DNA of 36,724 bases from Fonticula alba ATCC 38817 (Eukaryota > Protista > Nucleariida), in assembly GCA_000388065.2 (NCBI GenBank), contig KB932206.1. One strand, given 5' to 3'. Both the position numbers and the translations under genes were made by a program. Below, piece after piece: positions 26,801 to 36,724 of the stretch. How positions within the stretch are numbered: the first letter of the stretch is position 1; the number at the start of each line of letters is the position of its first letter. Under the pieces are notes generated by a model. It was not told the origin of the DNA. It searched no databases and saw only the letters and a list, made by a program, of their open reading frames with translations.

Positions 26801-27074
26801 GGCCCCTGTTCGAACAGGCTCTCTGTGCGGTGCGATCATATCACGCCTTGGCCCATTGGGCGGGCTCCCGGTGCCCCTTCTGCTCATCCACCCCTCGCTC
26901 CTGTCCCCACCGCGCCCCCCCCCCCCCCCTCCCCCCCTCACCTGCCCCCCTCCAGTCCCCTCCATTGTTTCCCCCCCCTCCCCCCTCCCCCTCCTCCCCC
27001 CCCGCCCCCCCACCCCGCCCCCACCACCCTCATCCCCCCGCCCCCCACCACCCACCACCCCCCCCTCCACCAGG

Positions 27075-27158
<84 letters not shown>

Positions 27159-27363
27159 TGCACAGGGGCATCCATTCTTCGTCGCCATGCATCACGCACT
27201 TTGTCCTACCTGCCGGGCTGGTTTCTCCTCTTCTCACACGTGCATGCATACACACACGCACACGCACACGCACACACGCACACATATGTGCACATCTGGG
27301 CATCATGCGCGTGGGGGGGGGGGGGAGGGGGCGGTGTGTGTGGGTGCGAAGAGAGAGAGATAG
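23860..27363 (+). CDS. Type II membrane glycosyltransferase with a C-terminal O-fucosyltransferase (POFUT-like, GT-B) domain and a large unassigned N-terminal lumenal domain; 3' end uncertain
   Basis: One open exon from 23860 (or ATG 23941) to ~26829. TM segment RRGLALLVLALVFVCLLKWL. Motifs LLTYMPWEQLNNQL...ALARLLGRQLVLP, PVMAWHFRRGPDYERKC, VLIVATD and LFEQALCA. A poly-C intron probably spans 26830-27165, and the final exon is not resolved. Confidence 0.7.
27076..27158. repeat. C83 homopolymer in a probable intron
   Basis: Counted directly; immediately followed by TGCACAG, a likely acceptor. Confidence 0.9.
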
Positions 27364-27471
27364 GGATGGAGAAAGAGAAAGAGAGGTATATATATATAGG
27401 CAGGAGTGAGCATGCACGTGCGCAGGCACGCGTGCACCCACAAACGCATACACACGTAATGCCACCCAATC

Positions 27472-28582
27472 TCAGTACTCGAGGATCGGGGAGCCGATCT
27501 CCGAAATGATCTCGATGGTGCACTTCAGGTCAAACACGCGGCTGAGGACGATCTTAAAGAGCTTCTGCACGTTGATCGAACGGGCTGATGAGCAGAAGAT
27601 GAGCGGCGCGCGCATGGCCTTGGCAAACTTCCGCGCCTGGTTGGTGATCTCCTCCTGCTCTTCGAGGGGGAACTGCGCAAACTGGTCGAACTTGGTGCCG
27701 ATGAGGAAAGGGATGGCGTTCTTTGGAGGAGTGAAGAGCAAGAGATGGAAGCGTGAAGAAGCAGAGAGAGGGAGAAAAAGAGAGAGGGAGAGGGGGGGGC
27801 GAAATGCCACATAAGAGGCATCATTCCAAGCAATGGAACAGGGTCAGACAACAACGAAAGAATGAGGGGAGGGAAAGCAAAGCGGGGAGGCGGATGACGC
27901 ACCTTGTTGAAACCGCGCGCCTGGTGGTACCACTCCTTGACACTGTTGAGGGTGGATTTCCGAGAAAGGTCGAAGAGGAAGAGCAGAACTACCGCCTCAC
28001 TGCACACAAGTGGCAGCATGTTGACGAACTCCCGCTGGCCGCCAAGATCCCAAATGGAGAAGGTGATCTCGGTGTTGCGGACCTGCACAGTCTTCTCCAT
28101 GAAGTTGACACCTAGGGAGGGGAGGCGCAGGAGCAGGAGCGAGGGGGGGGGGGGGGAGGGGCGATGGATGATCAGTATGTGGCATGTAGGCATGTGGCCA
28201 AATCGAAGCGGGGCCGCGGGTCTGGACACGCACCAAGAGTCTGGATGTAGTCTTCGTCGAAGGAGCCCTCGACGTACTTGACCATGAGACTGGTCTTACC
28301 AATCTGGCTGTCACCCACCATGCCGATCTTGAGAACGACACTGTGACGGAGCCCCGGCGCCGGAGGGCAGCGGGAGAGAGGGAGAGAGGGGTTTGGTCAG
28401 CAAAGAGGGTGGGGACGAGGGGGAGAGAGAGAGAGAGGGGGGGGGGGCGACAGGGTCATGACAAGGTGGAATAGAGAGGAGGGAGGGAGGGAACATGCGG
28501 CGGCGGACAGGGAGTACCTGTTCTTCTTCTCGGCGGACTGAGAGCCCTGGGCGTCGCCGGCCTGATCAAAGCTGGGGTCCAT
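27472..28582 (-). CDS. SPG1: Septation-initiation/mitotic-exit GTPase Spg1/Tem1
   Basis: Exons 28582-28518, 28340-28234, 28111-27903, 27720-27472. [65 protein letters not shown] and SINVQKLFKIVLSRVFDLKCTI...PILEY are near-identical to fission-yeast Spg1 as recalled. Confidence 0.95.
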
Positions 28583-28771
28583 GGTGCAAGAAAGAAAAGC
28601 GAGAGAAACGGGAGAAAGAGGGGGGGGGGGAGCGGGACGAGATCCGATTGGCGGCTCGGCTCCGGCAGAAGGACGGAAGGGCGCGGGGGCGCAGGGGGCG
28701 CGGGTCGAGCGGCGCGGAGGGGGGGGGCGGGGAAAGGGGGGGGGGGGGGGGGAGGGGGGGGGGGGGGGGGG

Positions 28772-28933
<162 letters not shown>

Positions 28934-30230
28934 GGGGGAGTGGAGGGCAGTGCCGGCGGCATCGGGGAGTGCCCGAATGAGCGCGGACATTTTTCAGCGC
29001 TTGGGGATAATAGGGGCGGCAGAGCAGGGCCCAAGCCGGCTGGCCCCCCCCCCCCCCCCTTCCCCCAAGGGGCGCTGTCGGCCCCTGCCCTCTCTCCCCC
29101 TACCCGGCAAGGAGCCCCGAGTCCTGCTGGACGAGGGTTCGCGCGAGGGCCCGGGGGATCTTCCCCCCCCCCCGATGCCAGGAACACATCACACATCGGA
29201 GGGGGCGGGGTGCGGCCGACAACGGCTGGGCCCAGGAAGGGGAGGCGCCCGGGCCTCAGGTCGGGACGGCCCCCCATTCTGTGTCCGTCTGTCTCGTACC
29301 CTTCGCCGGGGCGACTCCCCGACCGTCGGGCCGGCCGCGGGGGGTGTCTCCGGGGAGCTGGAGCTCTCGCGACACACTCGTACACATCCCCGCACTGGCG
29401 GCCCACTGATCGGGAGTGGGGGAGGGGGCAGCAGCAGGAAAGCTAAATCCCAGCCTCTCGGGCGCGGCCGGGAGCTTGGAATGCACCGCTGGCCTGGGCC
29501 GGTGCACCCCCCGCGCCGGTCCCCTGGTGCCGGTGTCACGTCGGCGCCCTGCGCGGGAGGGCGCGCCCGGCACTCGGCCTGCCTTAGGGAGTAGGACGCA
29601 CGGGGTTCGGACGGCGGCCGGGCATGAGCAATGTAAGCGTGCGCGTGTGTGTGTGTGTGTGCGTGTGTGTGACACTGACCACCGCGAGAGTCTCAGGGGC
29701 AGGGCCGGCAATGCGCTGGGGGCCGGCTCGGCTCGCAGGGGAGGAGGGGGCAGTCTCTGGTACCATCGCCAGCTCGCACACAATCCTAAAGACTTCAGGT
29801 GCACATTCCACAGCCGAGCCTCCCAGTCCGGGGCCCCCTCCCGCCCCCCCGCCCCTCGCCCTCCCCCCGGGCTCCCACTCACACCACCACTGCCGCGGCG
29901 CCCCAGACCCCGGACCCATCTCCTACGCACCCTTGGCCTCCAGGCTGGGAAGATGTTGGGATGAGCGCGGCTTCCTCGGACCCCCGGTGGCAGCAGCCCG
30001 AAAAACAGAGGCCCGTCTCCCGGGGGGAGGGAGGCGGGGGCGCGGGTGTCTGAACCGCCGAATATTGACCGTTGGCAGGGCTCGGGGCCGGGCTGCATGC
30101 CAACGCTGGGCCCCGGCCTGAGGGGGAACCGTCGCCCTTTTGGAGTCTGGCCACGAACGCACGTACCCCCCTCGGCGGCCCGCGCGTGCCGGGCATGGAA
30201 CCGCCTGTTGACAGGGGGGAGGGCCGGGGG

Positions 30231-30320
30231 GACATATTCAGAAGGTCCAATGGCAAGGATAGCCGGGCATATTAATAGATCGGTTATATGCGATTCCAGA
30301 TTGCTGGGTATATTAACTTA
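30231..30320. promoter_or_regulatory. AT-rich island with TATA-like words between divergent SPG1 and tomosyn/Lgl genes; candidate core promoter region
   Basis: ATATTAA at 30269 and 30310, TTATAT at 30284, and ATATTCA at 30234, in otherwise very GC-rich DNA. Function is inferred only. Confidence 0.3.
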
Positions 30321-31002
30321 GCCACATAGCAGCCCTCGGTGCTGAGAAAAGCCCCAGGAAACTGGCTCTCGCCCTGGCCTCGAGTACGACCGGGAGCCGC
30401 GGGACTTGCTGGACTTGGAGACTCGGCTTTCTTCCATCCTTGTCTCCCGCGTCTTATCTTTCACAGCCCCCGTCTCCCTTGGCGGGGCGGGGGGGGGGCA
30501 GCGAACAGTACTAGGCCCTACGCGGCGGCGCATGTTGGGCGTGGCGATCTCCTGCGCGGAGCCCCAGCCTGCGCGTGTTGGGGCGACGCTCCGGCTGGTC
30601 GAGGTGCAGGGCGGGGGGGGGGGGGAGCCGGGCCGGGCCCTGGCCGGTCCTGGGCCGAGGCGCCCCCGGCCGGGGTCTGAGAATGCCCTGTGGCCCCCCC
30701 CCTCCCCGCCCCCCACGCAGTTCTGGCTCTAACTGGCTTGCTTGTTATATAGCGGGGTTGGGGAGATTGCCCCACCCGGGCGCGCTTGGGGCTTGCGGCG
30801 GCCCGTGTTTTCATGCTAGGCCCCAAGCTGATCGGCCCGGGCACCCGGCCCGCGCCGGGCCGGGCCAGGCCGGGCCAAGGAGGGGACTGGCCCCCTTTCG
30901 GAGTTTGCCCGATTGCGCTCGCTGAGGTCCCCGCCCCCCTCTGTCTGCGCGCGAGTATCTACCGGCACTCGATCCGTTCAGCTCCGCTCGATCGCTCTCG
31001 CT

Positions 31003-31010
<8 letters not shown>

Positions 31011-31084
<74 letters not shown>
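31011..31084. repeat. (CT)37 microsatellite upstream of the tomosyn/Lgl gene
   Basis: Read directly. Confidence 0.95.
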
Positions 31085-31087
<3 letters not shown>

Positions 31088-31296
31088 CTCCTCGTTCTCC
31101 TCCTGCTTAGCTGCTCTTGAGCCACGAACGTGGAGCTCGGCCAAGGCATGCCCACACCCCCCTCCCCCACACGCCTCTTTCCCCCCTGCGTCCTCATCAC
31201 CCTCCCTTCTCGTCACCCCTCTCGCACTTTTCTCCTCCTCCTTTCTCCGCCCCCCCCCCTCCACTGGTTCTCCTCCCCGCCCCTGGGTGTGACGTC

Positions 31297-34200
31297 ATGA
31301 AGAGCTTCAAGAACTTCATCAACAACTTCCGCCAGGGCTCGGATCAAGACCACTTGGAGGCTGATCAGCACACAGACACCGGCACCTTTGCCCAGGGGTT
31401 CTCCGGCTGCGCGGTCTCCTCCCAGCCAGCGGCGCAATATCTCTTTGCCCAGTTGGCGGCCGCGACCACGGCTCCGCGAGCTCTTGGCGCCGGCCCTGAC
31501 CCCGAAGAATGGCTGCCACGCGTGGGCCAGGTACGCTGGGTCTCGGCTTCCCCTTCCTTCTCCCCCTTCCCCTCCCACCTCTCTCTCTCTCTCTCTCCCC
31601 CCCCCACTTCTCTCCCTCTCGCTCCCCCTCTCTTCCATCCATCTCCCCGTCTGACATCTCTCGGCACCCACATCCGGCCCTCCTTTGGCCCTGGCCGACA
31701 GACCACCACTCATGGCTTCTTTGCCGTCCCCTCGTCCATGGCCTACGATAGCTTGCACCGGGTGTTGGCGATCGGCAACCAGCATGGTCAAATCCACCTT
31801 TTCCAGGGCGTCCTGCCGGAGGAGGCCCCTGTCTTTGTGTCTTCCATGGCCGAGCCCGTGCGGCCTGTGTCGCCCTCGATGCCGGACACCGGGGCCACCG
31901 CCGGTCGCCCCGGTGCACGGCCCTCTGCCGCGGCGTTCTACGCACGCCAGGCCGGCCTGGCAGATGGCGGGTCCCCCGGCAGCGCCACCCCCCCTCGGCG
32001 TCCGGCCCGGCGGGCGGTTGCCCCGCGTGTTTCCACCATCAACCTCAATGGCCGCCAGGGGGTTCGTCTTTTGGCCTTCACCTCTTCCGAGCTGTCCAGC
32101 CATGCGGTGACCCAGGCCCAGCGTCCGGGCGCCCCGCGCCTGGAGTACGAAGATGGTCTTGGCGGCTTGCTGGTGGTCGATCAGGACAGCAACCTTTACC
32201 TGTACCAGCGCGAGTACTTGACCCTCATCCAGTCGATCAAGGCCGCCTCATTCCTGAACCCAGGCGACAGGTGCGCCCCCATGTGTCCATCCTGGCCCGC
32301 GCCTCCTTCCCCGCCTTCCTTCCTCCTTCCTCTCCCCCCCCCNNNNNNNNNNCCCCCCCCCAGACACACACAAACACACCTGCATTCCATCTCCCCGGTC
32401 CCTCCCCCCTCCCTGCTCCAAGCGCTCACTCACGCTCATGTCATCCCCAGTGTCACGTTCATTTACCCGATGCCGCGCTCGCCACTGGTCTTCATCGGGC
32501 TGAATTCCGGCGGGGTGGTTGTCTTCACCGTGTACCCGACTCTGGTACAGGCGCACTTTACCCTCCCGACCCCCTTTCGCGAGGAGGTGGACTCCCCTCG
32601 GCGGTCGGCGCATAGTGCCCCCTTCGCCGTGGTGGCCATTTCCATGAACCCGGCCGATGCGAACCAGCTACTCGTGGCCCACCGGAACAATCATGCCATC
32701 GTCTGGGAGCTGGACAAGCGCCAGCCCCGGCGTGCATTCGCCCTGCCATTGCATGCGACTCCAAAGGCCTCCAGCTCCGGGGGGCCTGCTGCCACCACCA
32801 CCACCACCACCGCCACCCCGGTGGACCTCTTCTCGGAGCTCCGAGCCGCTGTGTGGCAGCCAATCGCCGGTCGGTGGCTGGCCACGGGCCACGCATGTGG
32901 CTTGATTTGCGTGTTTGATTTCCATGCCGCGGCCCCGGCCGTCGCGGCGGCCGCCGGGTCTGACCCCCAGCGCGTCGTCCTGCCGCCGGTCGAATCGCCT
33001 CACGTCATCATCAATGGTGCGCCTGTCGACTGTGCTGCCGGTTCCTTTACTTTCCTCGGGACCTGCCGACATCACAGTGCCTCGGCGGGTGTCCATGTAC
33101 CTCTGCCATTGTGTCTTTGCATGCACACACACACACACACACTCACCCATCCACTCGCTTTCTTCCTCTCTCTCCTCCGCCTGTCCGGAAAAATAGCCAT
33201 GGGAACGCCCCAGTCATCACTGGGCCAGCGCCGGCAGCCGATCTCCTCGATCCGGTGGTGCTCCGTCCCCTCCTTGCCGGACCTGTCCTCGCCCGAGGGA
33301 ACCATGCATGCGGCCCTCGCCGATGCGGCGCCTCCTCTGTCCCCGAATGTGGCCACTCTGGAAACGGTGATGATCATCGAGGGTGGGGCCTTCCCCGAGG
33401 ATGATCCGGTATGTGTGAAAGCTTTTTCTTGCTTTCGGTCGCCGGTGTTGGGTCTGACACAATTTCCCATTGCCGCTGCCGCCGCCGCCACTGCCGCCGC
33501 TGCTGTTGCCCTTGCTGCTGCTCTCGCCATCGACGCGTCAACGTTCGCAGGGCTTTTCCCTGCTCTACATCGGCATGGGTCAGACTTTCTCCGCGTCGCG
33601 GTACTTCCTGCTCCCGAGTGCCGAGCCTTCGAGGCTTGGTGACGATGCCGCGACTCTGGCCGCATCTGCACCTGCTCGGGCGGATGATCCGGCCCGCCTG
33701 TTGGCGGTCATCGAAGCGGCGCCACGGCGTGGTGCGGCTGCCCTGGGCTTTGTTTCGTTGGACCCGGGTTCGGGCCAGCTTGCGGCTTTCCTCTTTGGCT
33801 CTCATGGCTGGTGCGTCGGAATGGTCCTCCTTTCGTCTTGTTCCTCGTTCCGCGCTCTCTCTCTCTCTCTCTCTCTTTCCACTCTCGCCATCATGTCCCC
33901 TTCCCCCCTATATACTCACGCAATCCTCTCACTTGCGGATCCAGCTATCGTCCGGCTGCCATCAACCACTCGTGGCTGACACTGGCTCGGCGCCAGGCGA
34001 CCATTGTGACAATCGCCCGGTCTGGCGTGCCAAGCGCCCCGCCGCCGATCTTCGGCGATGCCGACTCCGCTGAACCCAGCTACCACGGCTTCAGCAGTCT
34101 GGCAAATGGGCTGGTGTCCCCGGCGCTACACGCCCTTCTGGCATCGCTGTCGAGCCCCGGTACCCCTGCTGCTTCGCCTGGCAGTGATCTTCTGTCGGTG

Positions 34201-36724
34201 CGACCCCGCCTGTGTTGTATTTAGCTCACATGCCAACTCGCGCGCCCATCACCCAGTGTGCTCCTTCTTTCTCTCTTTCTCTCCCTCCTGCTCGCCCTTC
34301 CACTCTCCCACTTATTTCCCCCTCTCTCCCTCTCCTCTTCCCCTCCCCTTCTCGGTCGTTGCCCGAACCCCAATCTCATCCTCCATAGATCTGGCGATAC
34401 TCGCCGCTTGAGGCATATGTCCAGCCGGTGTCTCCGTCACAGCTCCTCTTGACTGGCCACTCCGATGGAACCGTCTGCTTCTGGGACATCTCCAACAAGG
34501 GTACATGCATCCATTCCCCTTCTCCCCCTCTCTCTCTCTCCCTCGCTCTCTTCCCTTCCCTCTCTCCACCCTCCTCCCCCTCTCCTTTGCCGTCCCTTAT
34601 CAGGGCCATGTCCATCGTCCTAGCAGCGTCTCGACCATCGTCACCGTCTCACACGCCCGCACATGCTCCCCCCCCCCCACACACACACACGACACTCCCA
34701 TGAACCAGGCTCCGAGGGCTCGCGCATTGTCACCCTGCCGATTAACCATGTGTCCTTCGTGCCGACGGCCAGCGCCGCACTCAGCGTCGCATACCGGGCC
34801 ATCAATGATCTGACGCCCGGCGGCGGCCCTGGCTCGACGGTCACATCGCCGCCGATGTCTCCATCGCATGCGGCAACCGTCGGTGCAGCCGCCACCGCAG
34901 CCGCACAGCAGCAGCAGCAGCAGCAGCAACAGCGCCCTGCCTCCACCTCACATGCCCCGGGGGCCGGGATGCTAAGTCGCGCGATGGCCACTCTGTGGGT
35001 GTCCTCTGTGGAGGACCCCCGGCCATTGCGGTCGGCGTATCGTCTCTTCGAGAAGCTCTCCGAGCCCCTGTTCAACGATGAGGGCGCCGCTACGTCGCGC
35101 TCACTGTCCGAGCTGTCGGTCTCCTTTGGCGGGACCCAGCGCTCCTTCTCCCGGGCATTTGTCCATCGGATTCTGGAGTTCACACCGGGTGCGTTGGCCC
35201 TCNNNNNNNNNNCCCCCCCGAGTCTGGCCATTCATTGTGTCCTGGTCGTCTCTAACCCATCCATCCCCTCTCCGCACCCCCGTCGCAGATAACATCCAGC
35301 TCTTGCATCAGATCCAGCTCCCGGCAGTGCGCCAGCGCCCAGAGGGCTCGGCCACCGAGGCCTCCGGCGCCCCGGCCGGTGCCGGTGACGGTCCTTCGCC
35401 GGCGGCCGTGTCAGCCGCCGCCGGAGTTAAGGGCTTTGGGACCATCTCCTCGCCACGGTCGGGCCAGCGGGCCAGCATTGGTCCAAATGCCGGGGCGGCC
35501 TTCGCCACGGTCGGTGGCCCGGGTTCTCCGCCTCCCGCCTCGGGAATGGGCCCCCGGTCGTCGTCCGACTCGTCGGCCATTCTGCCGGGCCCCGGGGGAT
35601 TCGCCACGCGTCCGACTACCCGGCGTAGCGGCACCTCCGACAGTCTCGGCGCCGAGGTGCCTGCTCCGCTGGCCTCTGGCCAAACCCGCTCGACCAGTGC
35701 GCCTGCCAGTGGCGCATCTGCCCACCACCCCGGGGTGACAGTTGTCCCCGGACCTGGGGGACCTGCGCCCAGTGGCACCGGGGCCGCTGGGGCTGGCTCC
35801 ACCGCGCCGGCTCCCATGGCCGTGGCCTACATGGTGCCCAGCCAGGCGCCCAAGGCGCTGGGGCTCCTCGCCGGGCCGGCCACCAACACCGGGCCCGACC
35901 CGAGCCAGCAGCTGGCCGCCTCGTCGCTGGCTTTCGACCCACGCACCGGATTGCTGGTGGTTGTCTGCGGCAGCCAGAGCACGGTTTTGGTGTATCGGCT
36001 GTTCCTTTCCTCGATGCCGGAATCGCCGGATCGCGCTTGCCAGCGGCTGTTCCGGCTGTCAGAGCGCCACCGGCCGCTCGATGCAAGCCTGGCCGAACAA
36101 TCGGCCTCCCGGTCCCCTGGGCCCGGGGCCATGCCGGGATGCCTGCCTACTGGCAGCCCGGTGTGCTTGTCTCCTCCGACGGTGGCCTCGCCAAATGGCT
36201 TCTACCTGGTCCGGTGCCTGCGGCGCCCTTCTGCAGGGCCGATCACCGCACAGTCTGTCTTGTCGGCCTCCTCGCTGGCTGACCTGGTGATTGATTCGGC
36301 CGCGCGCGGTGGCTCGACTGGGGCCACCTCACGCCTGCACTTCGCCGGGGCGTCGGTCGTGTGCCCGAGCCAGCCGCTGGTAGACCCTCGGTCGCCGGAC
36401 CCGGCCGTGGACACCGGCGTCCGGGCCTATTTGCCGGACTTGTACCCGGAGGACTCGGTGCTCCTGGCACTTGGCGACTCCTCCGGCGGAGTGACTGTCA
36501 TCGATCTCAACCGAGCGGATGTGCTCATGTCCCGGACCCTCTCGCGTGCGTCTGTCTCTCCCTCTGCATTGTCCCGTGTTTTTCTCTCCCTCTCTTGCTC
36601 CCTCTCCCTCCCTCTCCCTCTTTCTCTCTCTCTCTCTCTCTCCCTCGCTCTCTTCCCTTCCCTCTCTCCACCCTCCTCCCCCTCTCCTTTGCCGTCCCTT
36701 ATCAGGGCCATGTCCATCGTCCTA
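31297..36724 (+). CDS. Tomosyn (STXBP5)/Lethal giant larvae/Sro7-family WD40 protein; 3'-partial
   Basis: Exons 31297-31530, 31702-32270, ~32451-33016, 33197-33408, 33551-33810, 33945-34197, 34389-34500, 34709-35188, 35289-36545; the gene continues off the window. Motifs HGFFAVPSSMAYDSLHRVLAIGNQHGQIHLF, NPADANQLLVA...IVWEL, VMIIEGG, LLTGHSDGTVCFWD and LLALGDSSGGVTVID. Contains a Q9 tract (34906-34932). Cannot choose between tomosyn and Lgl without the C-terminus. Confidence 0.88.
36630..36724. other. 95-bp copy of intron sequence 34528-34622 at the window end
   Basis: Identical match at an offset of 2102 bp, starting inside a (TC)n tract. Confidence 0.85.

Overview
GC-rich, intron-rich eukaryotic genomic DNA from a draft assembly with 7 N-gaps. 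The gene content (fungal-like Spg1/Tem1 plus RABL6, AAGAB and a tomosyn/Lgl protein) and the poly-C/microsatellite-filled introns suggest a unicellular opisthokont-type protist such as Fonticula; this is inference, not a database match. I reconstructed nine spliced genes by hand: an orphan (+, ~1261-2558), AAGAB/Irc6 (-), SelO with a Cys-type C-terminus (+), a P3A plasma-membrane H+-ATPase (-), a bacterial-type N-formylglutamate amidohydrolase (-), RABL6 (+), a large O-fucosyltransferase-family type II membrane protein (+), Spg1/Tem1 (-) and a tomosyn/Lgl/Sro7 WD40 protein (+, runs off the window). Most other ORF-track entries are GC or low-complexity shadows. I found no tRNA, rRNA, CRISPR array or transposase. 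The strongest unusual signals are: (1) a non-canonical 5' splice-site consensus GTRCGY, with C at +4 in 28 of 36 reconstructed donors and A in only 1; (2) a probable GC-AG intron in SelO; (3) a perfect 34-bp inverted repeat at 19123-19271; (4) a glycosyltransferase with an extra ~470-aa, possibly GT61-like domain fused to a POFUT-like domain; (5) a ~270-aa insert in the H+-ATPase P-domain; (6) an intron-containing, bacterial-type amidohydrolase with a stopless 3n intron; (7) very long sense-strand poly-C tracts. Two 95-bp duplications are probably assembly artefacts. I could not demonstrate a complete new multi-gene system.
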